DNA of 64,000 nt, the filler included, from Dirinaria sp. TL-2023a (lineage: Eukaryota): the NCBI GenBank assembly GCA_051941275.1. It is 5 parts of 5 records of this genome, joined end to end, with 100 filler letters (N's around TTAATTAATTAA, not from the genome) between each part and the next. Parts side by side here need not be neighbours in the genome. Positions count along the whole stretch, not along the records: positions 26,058 to 38,962 come from JAVEBF010000728.1; positions 39,063 to 51,954 come from JAVEBF010000729.1; 3 more parts are not named here. The stretch is one strand, 5' to 3'. The position numbers and the translations under genes are program-made. Numbering within the stretch: position 1 is the first letter of the stretch; the number at the start of each line of letters is the position of its first letter. This document shows positions 26,839-39,592 of the stretch, in pieces. The notes under the pieces were generated by a model that was not told the origin of the DNA, ran no database searches, and worked only from the letters and a program-made list of their open reading frames with translations.

Positions 26839-28177
26839 ATGATCAAAGCCATCTTTTTCTCCATCTTCGATAACACCGAAGGTCAACGATCAAACCCCAG
26901 ACTTGCGAGACCCTTTCACTGATCGAGGTATTCCCCCCGCTACAGGCCCCAAAGTCCTCCACCAAGTCCCTCCGGACTCCATAACTGCCTCTCCCACGTC
27001 TCCTACGCAACCGCTGATCAACTTCGCCTCCGTCTCTTCCCTCGTGATCCCTCGCCCCGAATTCTGCTCGCGCCTGATCCAGTTCGCGCACAATGGCCAA
27101 CGCATCCTGTGCTACCCGATCCACCTCTCCTCGCCCAGCTACACGCGCAACGCCTTCCTTTTTAGTTTCGCGTTTGTTCTGGCTGAAGAAACGCCCTTTG
27201 CATCCTACACGACGGTGGTGTTGAAGCTGGCGAACGTGCTGCGCACGCTGGAAGAGCAGTCGCGATTCCTGTCGCGAGACACCAGCGCGCCGAACACGGG
27301 CAAGATCTACGCCCTGTGTGAAGTGTTGATGGAAGATCTGAACAACTACTGCGAGACGCAGATCCCGATCGACGAGTCCAACACCTTGAACGTCAAGCTC
27401 TTCCCCACATACCCGCCCCCGCCCCCGGTTTTGCCGCACTATGTGCCGCTCAGCACCGTCCGGCTGCAGGAGCTGGTGGACGACAACTGGGATCTGACCA
27501 TGTTGCGCATCCTCCCCTACATCGATGGCGTGAACAGCGTGAAGCAGATCTCGCTCCGGGCGGATGCGGACTACAAGCTGACGAGAAAGGCCATTCGCCA
27601 TTTGCTTTACTACGGATGCTTGCTGCTGTTGGATATCTTCCAATTCGGAGCTATCTACGCACCGACTGCGGAGATTGCGCGATTCGTGGACGATGAGGAG
27701 GTGCAAGAAGAGTGCGCGCGATATATTACTTTGCCGCCAGAGATGAGGGGACATGACATTAATGGTGAAGGCTCGGGCGAGATCAGCAAGACGAGGCTAG
27801 TGGAGTTGTATTTAGCACTCAGGCATGGTTTATCGGTCAAAAGCTGGTATGCAGAGCATGAGGCTGATCTGACGGATATTGACGTCCGGAGGTTCATTAC
27901 TTTTGGCGTAATCAAAGGCTTTTTGTACCGTGTGCACAAGTATGCTATTTCGCCTGCTGCAGTCAAGCAAGTGAAATCCATGAATAAGAAAAAAGGTTTG
28001 TTTGATAAAGGGAAGTCGAAGCAGAAAGACAAGGTTGGAGACGGTGAGAGGAAGATTGAAGAATTCCTTGACGGCACGCACTGCTTCGATGAGATTTGCA
28101 CGGAATTCTTGATCAGTGAGCAGGAATTGGTAGGCAGGCTGAAGAATTGGGGAGATGTACAGATCATACATCGATGA
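26839..28177 (+). CDS. NPR2: Nitrogen permease regulator 2 (SEACIT/GATOR1 subunit)
   Basis: MIKAIFFSIFDNTEG|PKVLHQVP, YTRNAFLFSFAFV, LMEDLNNYCETQIPIDESNTLNVKLFP, WDLTMLRILPYIDGVNSVKQIS and DVRRFITFGVIKGFLYRVHKY; intron 26882-26946. Confidence 0.95.
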
Positions 28178-28469
28178 TATGAACCACTTGACGAGTTCGA
28201 ACAGGTTGAAGACTTTTCTGAGCCCTTTAAAAAGTTTCCTTTGACAGTTTCCTGTCTTTTAAAATCTGCGCAATGGATGGGCTTGAGCATGTTGATGTTC
28301 TTGTCGAAGCTAACTTGACGTGGTGGCAATCGTCGCCTATCGAACAGTGCACAGTTTGAAAAGCTGTGCGGGTCAGCTTGGTCTATTCTCTCCACCAGAG
28401 GCAGACTCATTGTGGGCTCCGTAACGTCAAGCAAGTCCGATATGAAAAAGTGTTCCGGCTTAAATCGGG

Positions 28470-29872
28470 TTAGTACGGCTTGAAGCGTGCTTTGTCGCTT
28501 TTCCCTGCGGATATCTTCTTCGGCCTGCTGGCGTCTCTTGAGTCCTCTAGGTCGAATTTGCTAGCCTCCATAACCTCAGGGGTACGCCATGCTTTAATCA
28601 AACCGTCTTCACCTCCGGTAAAGATGGTCCTTTCCTGCAATTCCTCATTAATGAAATCCCAGAGCTAGTTCCCCTAAGCAACTCACTGAATGATCAAAAC
28701 AAATTGAACGAACAATCTCTTCGCCATGGGCGCCCAAGAGCTGTATCGATTGGTCTCGCTCCAATATCCACTCAGAAGTAAAGCGCAGTGGGACGAGGTC
28801 GAGATTACCCTTACTAGAGTTGCATCAGGTTATTCGACACCAGGACGAGAAAGGCAATTCACATATTATTGGGAATGAATTGCAAAAATGGAAAAAGTCC
28901 ACACCTGTGAGAACCCGCGCCAATAATCGCTGTACGATCGCGGGTAAAGACCAGGTCTACAACATACTCGCATTCTAAATGTGGTCTGAGGTCTCCAAAC
29001 GCTCTTGGAGGGGTATCGCTATCGTCGTGGCCAGAGGGTTCAAGTTGGTAAATTGAGCAAACCTCGTCGTGGCTTACAGCGCATAGCTCTGTGTCGGACA
29101 AAAGACCGGCATGATGAATCGACGACCCGTGGTTTAGGATTTGGACAAGAGCATCGTCTTCATCTTTGATGGAAATGTCGAAGACATTCAGCAGCCCGTC
29201 TGTACCCCCTGATATAAGCCTAGACGGGTTGGTTGGATGAAACTGAAGCTGCAAGTTGCTTAGTACTCAAAATTCTAGAATTTATTGTCAAACAGGCGTA
29301 CTCATACCTCAGTCACATCATCGCTGTGGCTTTCGACGTACTCTACGAAGGGTTCCTTAGGCGATCTGTGATCCCTGTCAGTTATCAGCTCCTCAACATG
29401 CTTATGCTTCACCTCGAGAGCACATACCATACGGCAATTGTGGCCTGTGACTGACTCAATTGGGTTCCAGCCGAGACCTTGCTGCCGCGGCATGCGAGAG
29501 AAAGGCAAGGTGCATTAGCTCCTTGATACCTTGAGTCAGCCCTTTCTGAAGGATCGAGTTCGGCTGTTCATCATCACCGAATTCCATGCTCCGGTTCCCT
29601 GACCTTGGGTCCCAACAGCGGATCATTTTATCTCTGCCGCCGGTTGCTAATAGTCCATTGAGATCCGATAAGCAAGTGACCCCCTCGTGAACCTTGTTAT
29701 GTGCACACTGTAAGATCAGCTGTAGCGTGTGTGGGTCGATGATGCGCAGCGCGTCATCTGAGGATATCACAGCCAGGCTGCCGTTGCCATCCTGCACTGC
29801 TTGGATAGCGTAAACGTACGACGGCACTGAGGAGGATATCGGAGAGCTGTGGAGGAGCTGTGACGTAGACAT
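28470..29872 (-). CDS. WD40-repeat protein, WDR89/YNL035C-like
   Basis: Motifs ESHSDDVTE|LQFHPTNPSRLISGGTDGLLNVFD, HGEEIVRSI and TGGEDGLIKAW, with a C-terminal RFKPY; several introns. Confidence 0.85.
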
Positions 29873-32735
29873 GGTTGCCTTTTCAAACCCACAAGTTCAC
29901 TTTCCCTTTGCTACCTTAAGGTACCCGAGGATTTACCTCAGGTACTTAGGTACCTTACCCTACTTATCGACTTTCGGTACAGTATCGTAAGATACAGGTA
30001 GCAGGTAGGCGAGGTAAGGTATGTAGGTAACTCGGTCCTTGCTACCGGAGGATCGGTACCCAAGGTACCTTGGCAGAATCTCACCGGACTACTGTCTCCC
30101 GACTTCCCTCCAGAAGAGAGATACCTCCCTTTTACAGACCACGGTGTAACTGCTCTCGGAACTTCCATCCTCCTGGTGCTGGCCCCGAGCAGTGACCACA
30201 AATAAGTTGGGCCAATACATATTGCCTAGCCAAGATCTGGCGAAGACCCACGCCGAAATCCACGAACGGGCTGTTTACGAGGGTGTTCCGATCTACAATG
30301 CAATAATCGTGATGACAAAAAACGGAGCACTAGAGCATTGTCTCGGTTGCATCTCTTACGAGATCATAGTGCTACTACACCAGCCGAATGACCAGAACAA
30401 GCCAGGATGCAGCAAGCCACCATGCATACCAGCCGATCTCGAACTCGCTAGCAACGGATCGATGGAGCAATCAGACCCGCCTCATTTACACTTTGAGCCC
30501 AAAATTCCCCCAATCTTGTCAGACATGATCGGGATCCCACCGTGACACTGCGCGGCGGACCCGACGATGTTGGTTACCGGCTACCAGGGTCGACAATGGA
30601 AGGCGGCATTGTGCTGCGCATGAGCAACTTCCAGCCTCAATCCATAGCGCTGCATATCACGATTCGCTTTGACAGCGCAGCATGCATCAAGGAAAAGTCA
30701 GTGGCGATTTTTTTTTTTTTTTTTTTTTTTTTCCATCTTTAATTCAGAAACCAACGCGAGTTATGTCACATCTTGTCCTTCTAGGACCCGACAGGTTGGT
30801 CGACCTTGCGGCATCAGGCGGCGCTGCCCCTCTCGCGAAGACCCGGTGGTTTGGTTCATGCCACCCGTGCTGAGCGCTAGAGAGAGTAGACATAGCAAGC
30901 TAAGCCCTAGTCCCAAAAAGCCGTTTCATGACCTATCGAGCTACCTAAGTAGAAGTAGTCGCTCACCGCGCTCCCACCTATCCTGGTCTCAGCTTATCCT
31001 CTTCAGTTCAGTCGCCGATATTGTTTCGCTGTTGGATTTGCAACGCTAAGAATAACAATCATCATAATAATATTTCAATGCGCTCGTGGTGGCATAAAAT
31101 GACAGCTAGTGGTCCAGCCGTCCGACCCCCTATTTTCTTCCTTTCCTTCGTTGCAAATCATTCTTCGTTCCACAAGCTGGATTTTTGACCTTTTTCTCCA
31201 TGCGGTTGCAGCACCGATAGTCCGAGTCCGTGGTAAAGGATGTCAATTGCCGCACAACATTCCTGTGACGTCGTGTACGATAGTGTACAAAGCATCCCCG
31301 TTCATGCTCGAGACAGAAGAAAAAATCATAGCTGCTCGTACGATACCATGCCATCGATGGTTTTTTGCCCGCAGCAATATGCGAGTTGCATAATAAAGGG
31401 TCATTGGCCCTGCTTGATGCCGATGTTGATGACGGAGCTCCCAATGCTTGGTGAAGGATGACGGCGTCTGCAAGTTGACCCTTGAACAGATACTTGGGAG
31501 TTGCGAAATCGTCGCTGATGCTCGGCATCCGCGTCAATATAAAATCAGATGCAGTATTTCGGAAATTGCTCGGGTCCCACAATATGAATTCTGATACTGT
31601 CACTCCGGAAATCCGCGAACAAAGACATCAGGATTTTGCGTAGTACCCCTCCAGTCGTGTCAAGGCGCTTGTCCAAAAGGAAGCCACAGAGCCCTTTAGC
31701 AAATTCCCAAACCAAAGTCAAATAGGGAACCCGTATCGCGGGCAGAGAGATACGCACGAAATTGTGTATTGCTGATCGCCACCGTCTGAAAAGTTCCCGT
31801 CACGATCGCGAACAGTATAGAGCTGACGCAGCCATCAATAGATCAAATGTGAATTGAGCAAAGACGCAACTGCCAAGCTTTTGCACGTTCTAAAGAGCGC
31901 ATTTCGTTCCGAGGTGCATTTCCGCATGCAAGGCAAATGCCGGTGTGAATTGCTCCGTCCGCATGAGATGATCAGTCGATAGTGATCTCAGAAGGACTTG
32001 CCGATCGCCGAAAGTCATCGTGGGAAGCAAAGGAAGCGTTGCAATCTCAGCAGGTGTTGTGATGAACACCGAGCCTCAGGCAAAGGAATGCACAGAGACG
32101 ACGGTGGTAGACCAGAAGGACAGTGAACAATGGGCCGTCGTCTCCAAGCATTCGAGCTGCTCCAGCATGGACCATGGTCCATGTACGCCTGTCATGTATG
32201 TACCTTAGAGTCGAGGAGCTTGTGTAGGTACGGTAATGAAACGGACTAGCGCGAATCCATTACTCGACCCTCCACGCCCGTGGCTCTCATGCTTCAAAGC
32301 TAAAGTAAAGCGCATCCAAATCCCTGGCAGACCCGAGGGGGCTAACAGCACATTTCCGTGATGGGTGCCAGAGCACCGGGTCCATTAGCGTCTGTCGTAG
32401 GCCTCAATAAATTTGGCGGCACGTCTCCCCAGCTGTTGTGTTGGGAGTGGGGAAACCTTTGCTACTACAAGTAACGCTGCAGACCCAGGCGGTATGCTCC
32501 CATGCCATTCAGTTCCTGTTCCAGTTTCGCCGGTGTTCATCTTCAGTCGTTGCTACTCCTATTACATACATTTACTTTGCTCTTCGCGTCTGTCTAGCGA
32601 TCCAAAATCGGCCTCACCGAACCACGGTCCAGTCTCGGTGCTGGAGTCCAGCACAACCGAATTCGCGCATGTCACGGACGACGTTTCGCACAGGAAGACA
32701 ACGTTGCATACTGACCTTCGAAGGACGGTCGAGCG

Positions 32736-34165
32736 ATGAATGGGTGGGCAATCCAGTTGCGCTCTGTGCCGAAAGTAGCTGAAGAGACGATCTTGCAGAC
32801 ATGTACATCCTCCCGATTACGTCGAGAACGGCCGCACCTATTGTGGCTTTAATCGCCACCAATATTTGTTTCCGATAGACGAGGTGAGCCTGGCCTTGAA
32901 TTACACAAGCTTCAAGACCTTCTCTGAAACGGAGATGTCTTTAGGAAGAAACCAATCGCATGAGCATCGGTCATGAGATTATCCAGTATGCGCGTGTGGG
33001 ACGGCCAGAACCGGACGGAAAGTGCCTTCACAGCGCTCCCATTGAATTGGGGCCCCGCAATAGAATTCCAAGGGTCCTTGATCTAGGGTGTGGTGAAGGC
33101 AATTGGGTTCTTGATATGGCAGAGTGGGTTGGTATGGCAAAATTATCTTGGAACCATGCTGATCAGAGACTTCTCAAGAAAATATCCTGGCGTGGAGGTG
33201 TGTAGCCCCTGATAATTGGCTTTTCGGAATACCCGTTAACGCCCTTCCATAGATCCGCGGTGTTGACTTGGCTTGCATACAACCACCGTGTGTTGGACAG
33301 TGATCCATTGTGGCAACTACATGATGTCTGACCCTTGAATAGAAGCAGATACCTTCCTAGTAATGTCCGATTCCAGGCGCCGGCAGATTACGAAGGCTTT
33401 TGGACGTTCGGGGAGCAGTCATGGGATCTAATTCACCTTGCTCTTGGATGTGGTAGTGTATCAAATTGGCCTGAATTATACAAGAACGCATTCAGGTAAG
33501 TTCCTGAGCATCGCAAATGTCATGCTTGTTCTTTTCGTCGCAAGCTATGCTAAGGATTGTAGGCATTTGAAACCAGGCATTGGATATTTCGAGCAAGTGG
33601 AAGTGGACTTTGAGCCTCGTTGCGAGGACGGTACCTATCCGATCCTTACTAGCAAATTGACTGAATGGTATGGATACGTGAAGAAAGCCACGATCAAAGC
33701 GAATCGACCGATCGCGTTTTCTCGGGAAACGAGGAACATGCTAGAAAATGAAGGCTTTGTAGATGTGGAAGAGCAAATCATCCAAATCCCACTAAATCCA
33801 TGGCCTAAGGATCCGCACAAGAAAACTTTAGGGCTGTATTACACAGGCTGGATGGAGACAAGGGCGCTCGAATCTATGTCAATGCAACCTCTAACACTAG
33901 TTGAAAAGAAGTCTCGCCAATTTGTCGAAACCCTTTGCAGGGACGCTAGTCAGGACATTAAAAGAATCAGGTACCATGCATATAATAAGCTGTAAGTACA
34001 GGCTCCCCAATACATACCCAGGAGCGCTGTTTTCTTCATTCATTCTCCACCTAGAGGCATCATCGAACACACCTTTGTTGTAATTGTTGAGGCCTGTGAC
34101 ATGTGCTGATGAGAATCAGACATATCTTCACAGCTAGAAAGCCGCTCGAGCAGTCGAGTACTTAA
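32736..34165 (+). CDS. laeA: LaeA-type SAM-dependent methyltransferase (secondary metabolism regulator family)
   Basis: Spliced product ENGRTYCGF..YLFPIDE|EE..RVLDLGCGEGNW..GVDLACIQPP..GEQSWDLIHLALGCGSV.NWP.LY..HLKPG..FEQVEVDFEPRCED..RPIAF..PLNPWP.D.H..HAYNKLHIFTARKP follows the LaeA motif order. The 5' end is uncertain, and orthologue vs paralogue is not established. Confidence 0.8.
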
Positions 34166-35761
34166 CTCGTCACTTTTTGGAAACTCTAAGCCTCTTGGAT
34201 ACACAGCAAGCTTTTGCATACGAACCTGAGTTTGTAGGGTCTGTTAGCAGCAGCGCATTTTGGCGGCTTTCGTGCTTTTCGGAACACCCGCACAACCATG
34301 CGAAGATTCTCTGTCGTCCCTTATTCGCTTTTCAATCGAGCAACGTACATTCTTCCAGGGAGCATTCCTCAGGGGCGGGCACGTGTAGCACCTTCTGAAG
34401 GATTGCCAGCACTGTCGGTATCGGGGGTGACGTTACGAGGTATACGTTTTTGCGAATGATGATTCTACCTGGGATGCGGCCTCGATCCTTGCATCGACGC
34501 GGCCTTCGTCCTCCAGCATAGACTTATGATTCTACGACTTACGCCATGAATTCTCCTCTTCGATAGTGGATCTCCGCTCTATTAGCATCCTACGATTAGC
34601 GAGAAAACATCACAAGCGTGGCGTTCATAGAGTGGGGACGGTCGAACAAAATTCTACGGCCAATCGCTCATTAAAGATCTATCCATATCCTAAGTATTGT
34701 ACACTAATATCTGTATGTTATCCAAGATTGGATGTGTTCAGCCACGGCTCGTTCGTCCGAATGAGTGTGGAGGGCAACATATACGTGAAGACGGACGGAG
34801 GGAAAAAGCTGGAAACGAAAATATTCAGTTATTGAGCGATTTAATCATTGAGCAATTTCTTAGTTTGCTGAGGTTTAAACCACGGATTCAATAGGTTCGA
34901 ATAATCAACATGGACTGCTCTTAGCTGCACCGAGAAGAGCAAGAGGTCTGAGCTCTACATCAGCCCTACTCTACATATACCTTAAATGTAAGGTACCTGA
35001 AGCGTCAACAGCAGCCCTTTTTGGCCAACCCTGATCAGTCACGTGCTGATTCAATGTACCTTGAACGCTCAGGGAAGGTAAGTTTAAGCCATGATTCCAG
35101 TTCGAACCGGCTTGATGCACGGCTCTGTATTTCGCTCTCGCGGATTTAATACTACGAATTGTCCAGTAGATCACAATTGCAGAGGCACAGGCCAGCTCTA
35201 TCAGGCTGACCTTACCAAGTCCCTTCCTGGTACTTTCTGTACTAAGTAAGGCAGACGCGCAGAGTCCAGCCTTGGTTGGGATTTTTGGGTGGGGTTTTTT
35301 TTAGCAACAGTCTTCACCACAGCGCCATGGAACCGCCCGTTGGACATACTTCGAAGGATCTTAGATAGGTAAGGTTAGGTATAAAGTAGGTAGAACGACA
35401 ACGGTTCGATTCGGTTTAAAATACGAGTTTTCTAAAGGGCTTGGCTATTTTATACCTTACCCTCGTACCTAACGGGAGGTGAAGCGGGCCGCAGATTGCC
35501 CGGCTATTTCAGCTCACAATTTCCGTTCTCAGCCTCATGTCAGTCTTCTCCAAGGGGCAGTGTGTCCTGAGCCTTTCTTTTAAAAGGATAGATTTGCGTC
35601 TGACATGCATTGTCTGATAGTTCACTTCCATTCTTTTCCCCCCTCCAGCCTATAATTTTTCTTCACTTGCTGGCCTGGTAACGCGAATGCAACTTTAACA
35701 TTCCAAACATTGCTACTAATCTACTCTCTATCATGGTCAGTGAGTCTTCAACGCAGCCCGT

Positions 35762-38342
35762 ATGCAAATGGCAGAACTCACACCGTCATTAGCCTCATCT
35801 TCCAGGCTCAGCCTTCCTCCCTTCCTCCCGCGCGCCTGGCGGGCAGTCTCACCCTTTTTACCCCCACCTAATTTCATCACTCTTCACTATCTCTACTTCA
35901 TTGGCACATGTCTTCTCGCAAGTATCATATTCTGGGGCTCTTCGACACCCTCCAGAAGTATCAGCTACACGGATTCTCTATTCTTGACTGTTAGCGCCAT
36001 GGTGAGCCTGCAACCAATGGAATGAAGATTGAGGGAAGCTAAAACGTGGTGTAGACATTGGCAGGCCTCAATACAGTCAACCTCTCAGAAATCAACACCT
36101 GGCAGCAGATCATGCTCTTCTTTCTCATCATGCTTGGTTCTGCCATTTTTGTGTCCTTCGCGGTTGTCGAGATCAGACGGAGGGCTTTTGAGAGAAGATT
36201 CAAATCCATTGTTGAAGAACGGAAGCGAGAAAAGCGGGCGCGAAGCAATTCTGGGCGCATCATGTCGTTCGCGCACTCTATTTCGAGAAAGAAAACCCTT
36301 TCGCCAACAAAGCCCGAGGTTGATGGTGTCGTGGTGAGGGGGAGCAAGATTCAAGAGCCACCAACGCTCGACGGGGCAAATGATGCACCCTTCAAGAACC
36401 CTGGAGATCACCCCAGGCCGGAACAACGCTTGCGGGAACGGCCAAAGCTAGAATTGCGCACCATAGAAGAGGGCAAGCCGGACAACATCGAGCATTCTAA
36501 TGAAGAGTCTGATTCAGGGAACGGACTTAAGTCTCCAGACGCCAATGGTAACGAAGTTAAGACGCCAATTTCGGGTGTTCGTAACCGCGTTAGTTTTGCA
36601 ACCCCCATAAGTCCATCGAGCGAGCGGGCCCGTAGGAGGGTCCTCACATTTCAGGGCGTGGGCGCGAGACAAGATCTAATGAATCACCCAATTCGAACAC
36701 CGCGTTTCGAGGGTGTGCCTCCGACACCGATGGCAGAAAGCAGATCGAGTAGTACAAGCAAGCCCCATCAATATGCGTGGTCAGGCTACATTGGACGAAA
36801 CTCTCAATTTAGCAGCCTCACATTACAAGAGCGAGAGCAACTTGGGGGTGTAGAATATAGAGCGATTGAGGTTCTGGCGGTCATCGTCCCATTATACTTC
36901 GTGCTATGGCAGCTCCTGGGAAGCCTAGGTCTTGGTGCCTACATTGCGCACAATCGCAAAGATGTTACGGAATCGAATGGCTTGAATCCTTGGTTCGTCT
37001 GAAAGAACCATCGCTATCGCTGTTGCTAATAAATGCTCTAGGTGGGTCGGAGCTTTCAACGCTGTCTCAGGCTTCAACAATTCCGGAATGTCTCTGCTTG
37101 ATGCCAACATGGTAAGTTGGCTCGTCTCCGGCATTCAGCGGGATGATGGTTGATTGAATTTCTCAGATTGCCTTCCAAACATCCGATTACATGCTTCTCA
37201 CGATGGGTCTATTGATTCTAGCAGGAAACACATGGTATACCTCATGCATCCGTGTTGCCAAACCTTTCTGATATTCTAGCAGTTATCCTGTTTTCTTACG
37301 CTTGATCATTTGGTGCATATACAAGATACTCCCCGATGCAAGTTTTCACGAGTACAAGAAGACACTTCGATTTCTCCTCGATCATCCAGTAAGACCATCA
37401 ATCTTATCGCTCGGCTATAGATACTAACATGAGACAGCGCAGATGTTACACGACCCTCTTCCCTTCGACTCATACCTGGTGGCTTGCCGCTACGCTCGTG
37501 GCTCTCAATGGTATCGACTGGATTGCCTTTGAGGTACTTAATGTAAGCTGTCCATTTCTCTCAGGTTAATCAGAAGTGTAAGTAACAAGGAATAGATTGG
37601 TAATACAAAAATAACGTCGCTTCCCTCTCGTACCATTGACGGGCTCTTCCAAGCGCTCGCTGTGCGTTCCGGTGGCTTCTACGTTGTCACGATCCCGAAC
37701 TTGCGCATAGGTCTCCTCATATTATACGTGTTGATGATGTACATCAGCGTCTACCCTGTAGTCATCACGATGCGCAACTCCAACATTTACGAAGAACGTT
37801 CCCTAGGTCTCTATTCCGACGACCCTGCTCTTGCCTCCAGCGATGCCGTAGATTCCGAAGAAAAGGGGACGAAAAAGCCGGGATTGATCGGAGGCCTCAA
37901 GCGAAAAATGACCACCCAGGCAGCGCCAAGAGAGAAAAGGGGCTATTTCGTGCGGCAACAGCTCCGAGGCCAGCTCGCGCATGATCTGTGGTGGATCGTG
38001 CTCGCCATTCTTTTCATCAACATGATCGAGACCAGCCAATTCGAGCGCGACCCCGTCAATTTCAGCGTTTTCAACTACATCTTCGAGATCATCTCCGCCT
38101 ACGGCTGCGTGGGGATTAGTGTCGGTGTACCGGACAACGCCTACAGCTTCTGCGGCGCGTGGCACAAGGCAAGCAAGCTGATCCTGTGTGCGGTCATGAT
38201 CAGAGGAAGACACAGGGGCTTGCCGGTGGCGATCGATCGTGCCGTGCTGTTGCCTGGGGATCACCTGGCTCTGGCGGAAGAGGAGGACGCTCAGATCCGA
38301 CTCGACAGGGCCCAGAGTTCCAGCCGAGGCATCGGTGGCTGA
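35762..38342 (+). CDS. Trk/HKT family potassium transporter
   Basis: Motifs NFITLHYLYF, DSLFLTVSAM|TLAGLNTV, LGGVEYRA, FNNSGM, RSGGF, YISVYP, FEIISAYGCVGISVG and RGRHRGLPVAID; multiple introns. Confidence 0.93.
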
Positions 38343-38962
38343 TAATGGCTCGTTCTCGCTCTACACCGTTTCGTCGTCCCAAAACAAAGGGCATACCTCG
38401 AAGGGCGATTACGTCTGTACGATCTATTACGTATCTAACTAAATTTCCTTGAAAATTTCCATCACAAAGCCGAGAATAGCTTAAAATCTCCTTACCCGTC
38501 CCGGATCCATGAAAAATCGCTACAGCAGGGCCATATAAAACACAGGCAGCGAAACATTTCCCTTTTCCTCTTCCCACACAAAAGAAAAAAAAAAAGTGAT
38601 CCTCCCACGGGCAGCATACATGCCTCATGCACTATTGCCAGCTCCCAGAAATCCCCCAGCCCACCAACCAAACAAAGTAACACTCACTATGAGATGAAGA
38701 AAGCCCAAAAAAACGAATTATTTTTTCTTCTCCCAGGAGTTTTGCGAATTAATTTATATTCTTACCTTTTCCAACCTTAAATAGAAAACCTTGGGGAATT
38801 TCGGGACTTCTTTTTTGGAGGAGATATCGCAGATACGATGGGATGTTTTTTTTTTTTTTTTTTTTTTTTAACGCCGGGAAGATTGGATGGATATAGATGG
38901 ATAAATGGATGGTGGGAGCTCTAGGATGGATGGGTTTTGTTTTAGAGGGAATAGAATAGAAT

Positions 38963-39062
38963 NNNNNNNNNNNNNNNNNNNNNNNNNNNNNNNNNNNNNN
39001 NNNNNNTTAATTAATTAANNNNNNNNNNNNNNNNNNNNNNNNNNNNNNNNNNNNNNNNNNNN
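38963..39062. other. Artificial contig-joining spacer
   Basis: 44 N + TTAATTAATTAA + 44 N. Confidence 0.97.
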
Positions 39063-39099
<37 letters not shown>

Positions 39100-39193
39100 A
39101 AGGAAAGAAAAAAGAAAGAAAAAAAGGGTAAAAAAAAAGAGACACAGTAGGTTAAAAAAAAGAAAGAAAGAAAAGGCAATTCAAACACCTTAC

Positions 39194-39592
39194 CGGCAGG
39201 GCAATGCCAAGAGTGGTTGCATCGATCTGGAAAACAAAAACGGCGGCAGCGAGGCCTGCGAAGGCGAATTTGAAGGCCAATGGCTTCTTCGGTGAATTCT
39301 CATCCTCATTGTCCCTCTGAGCGGTCCCTACGCCCAGTGTCCCATCATTGCGTTGTGCTGGAGCTTCTGTCTCTAACTTTGGCTCCAGCTGTGACAGTCT
39401 CCGACTAGTGGCCAAGCGAATCTCCGCGATAGACTCGCGTTGGTCCATGGATGTCAGGCCACGGTGAATCTGGACTGGACAAGCTTGCAACTTGGGCAAT
39501 ATCCTGGCAGCTGAAGCAGCCACAGAAGGTTCTGTTGCCAGTAGAGCCGAGGCGAGCGATACGTCTTGACCTTGTCGTCCGGTCATGGACAT
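39194..39592 (-). CDS. MFS drug:H+ antiporter (DHA2-like), first exon; the rest is off the contig
   Basis: KKPLAFKFAFAGLAAAVFVFQIDATTLGIALP is the DHA2 TM1 motif (D.T....ALP), followed by a GTAAG donor at 39193. The start is ATG 39448 or 39592. Confidence 0.7.

Noticed and set aside
26843..28434. Long minus-strand ORFs (303 and 259 aa)
   Set aside because: They are antisense shadows of GC3-rich NPR2 and have no motifs.
31100..31760. Overlapping short ORFs upstream of laeA
   Set aside because: No consistent frame or recognisable domain.
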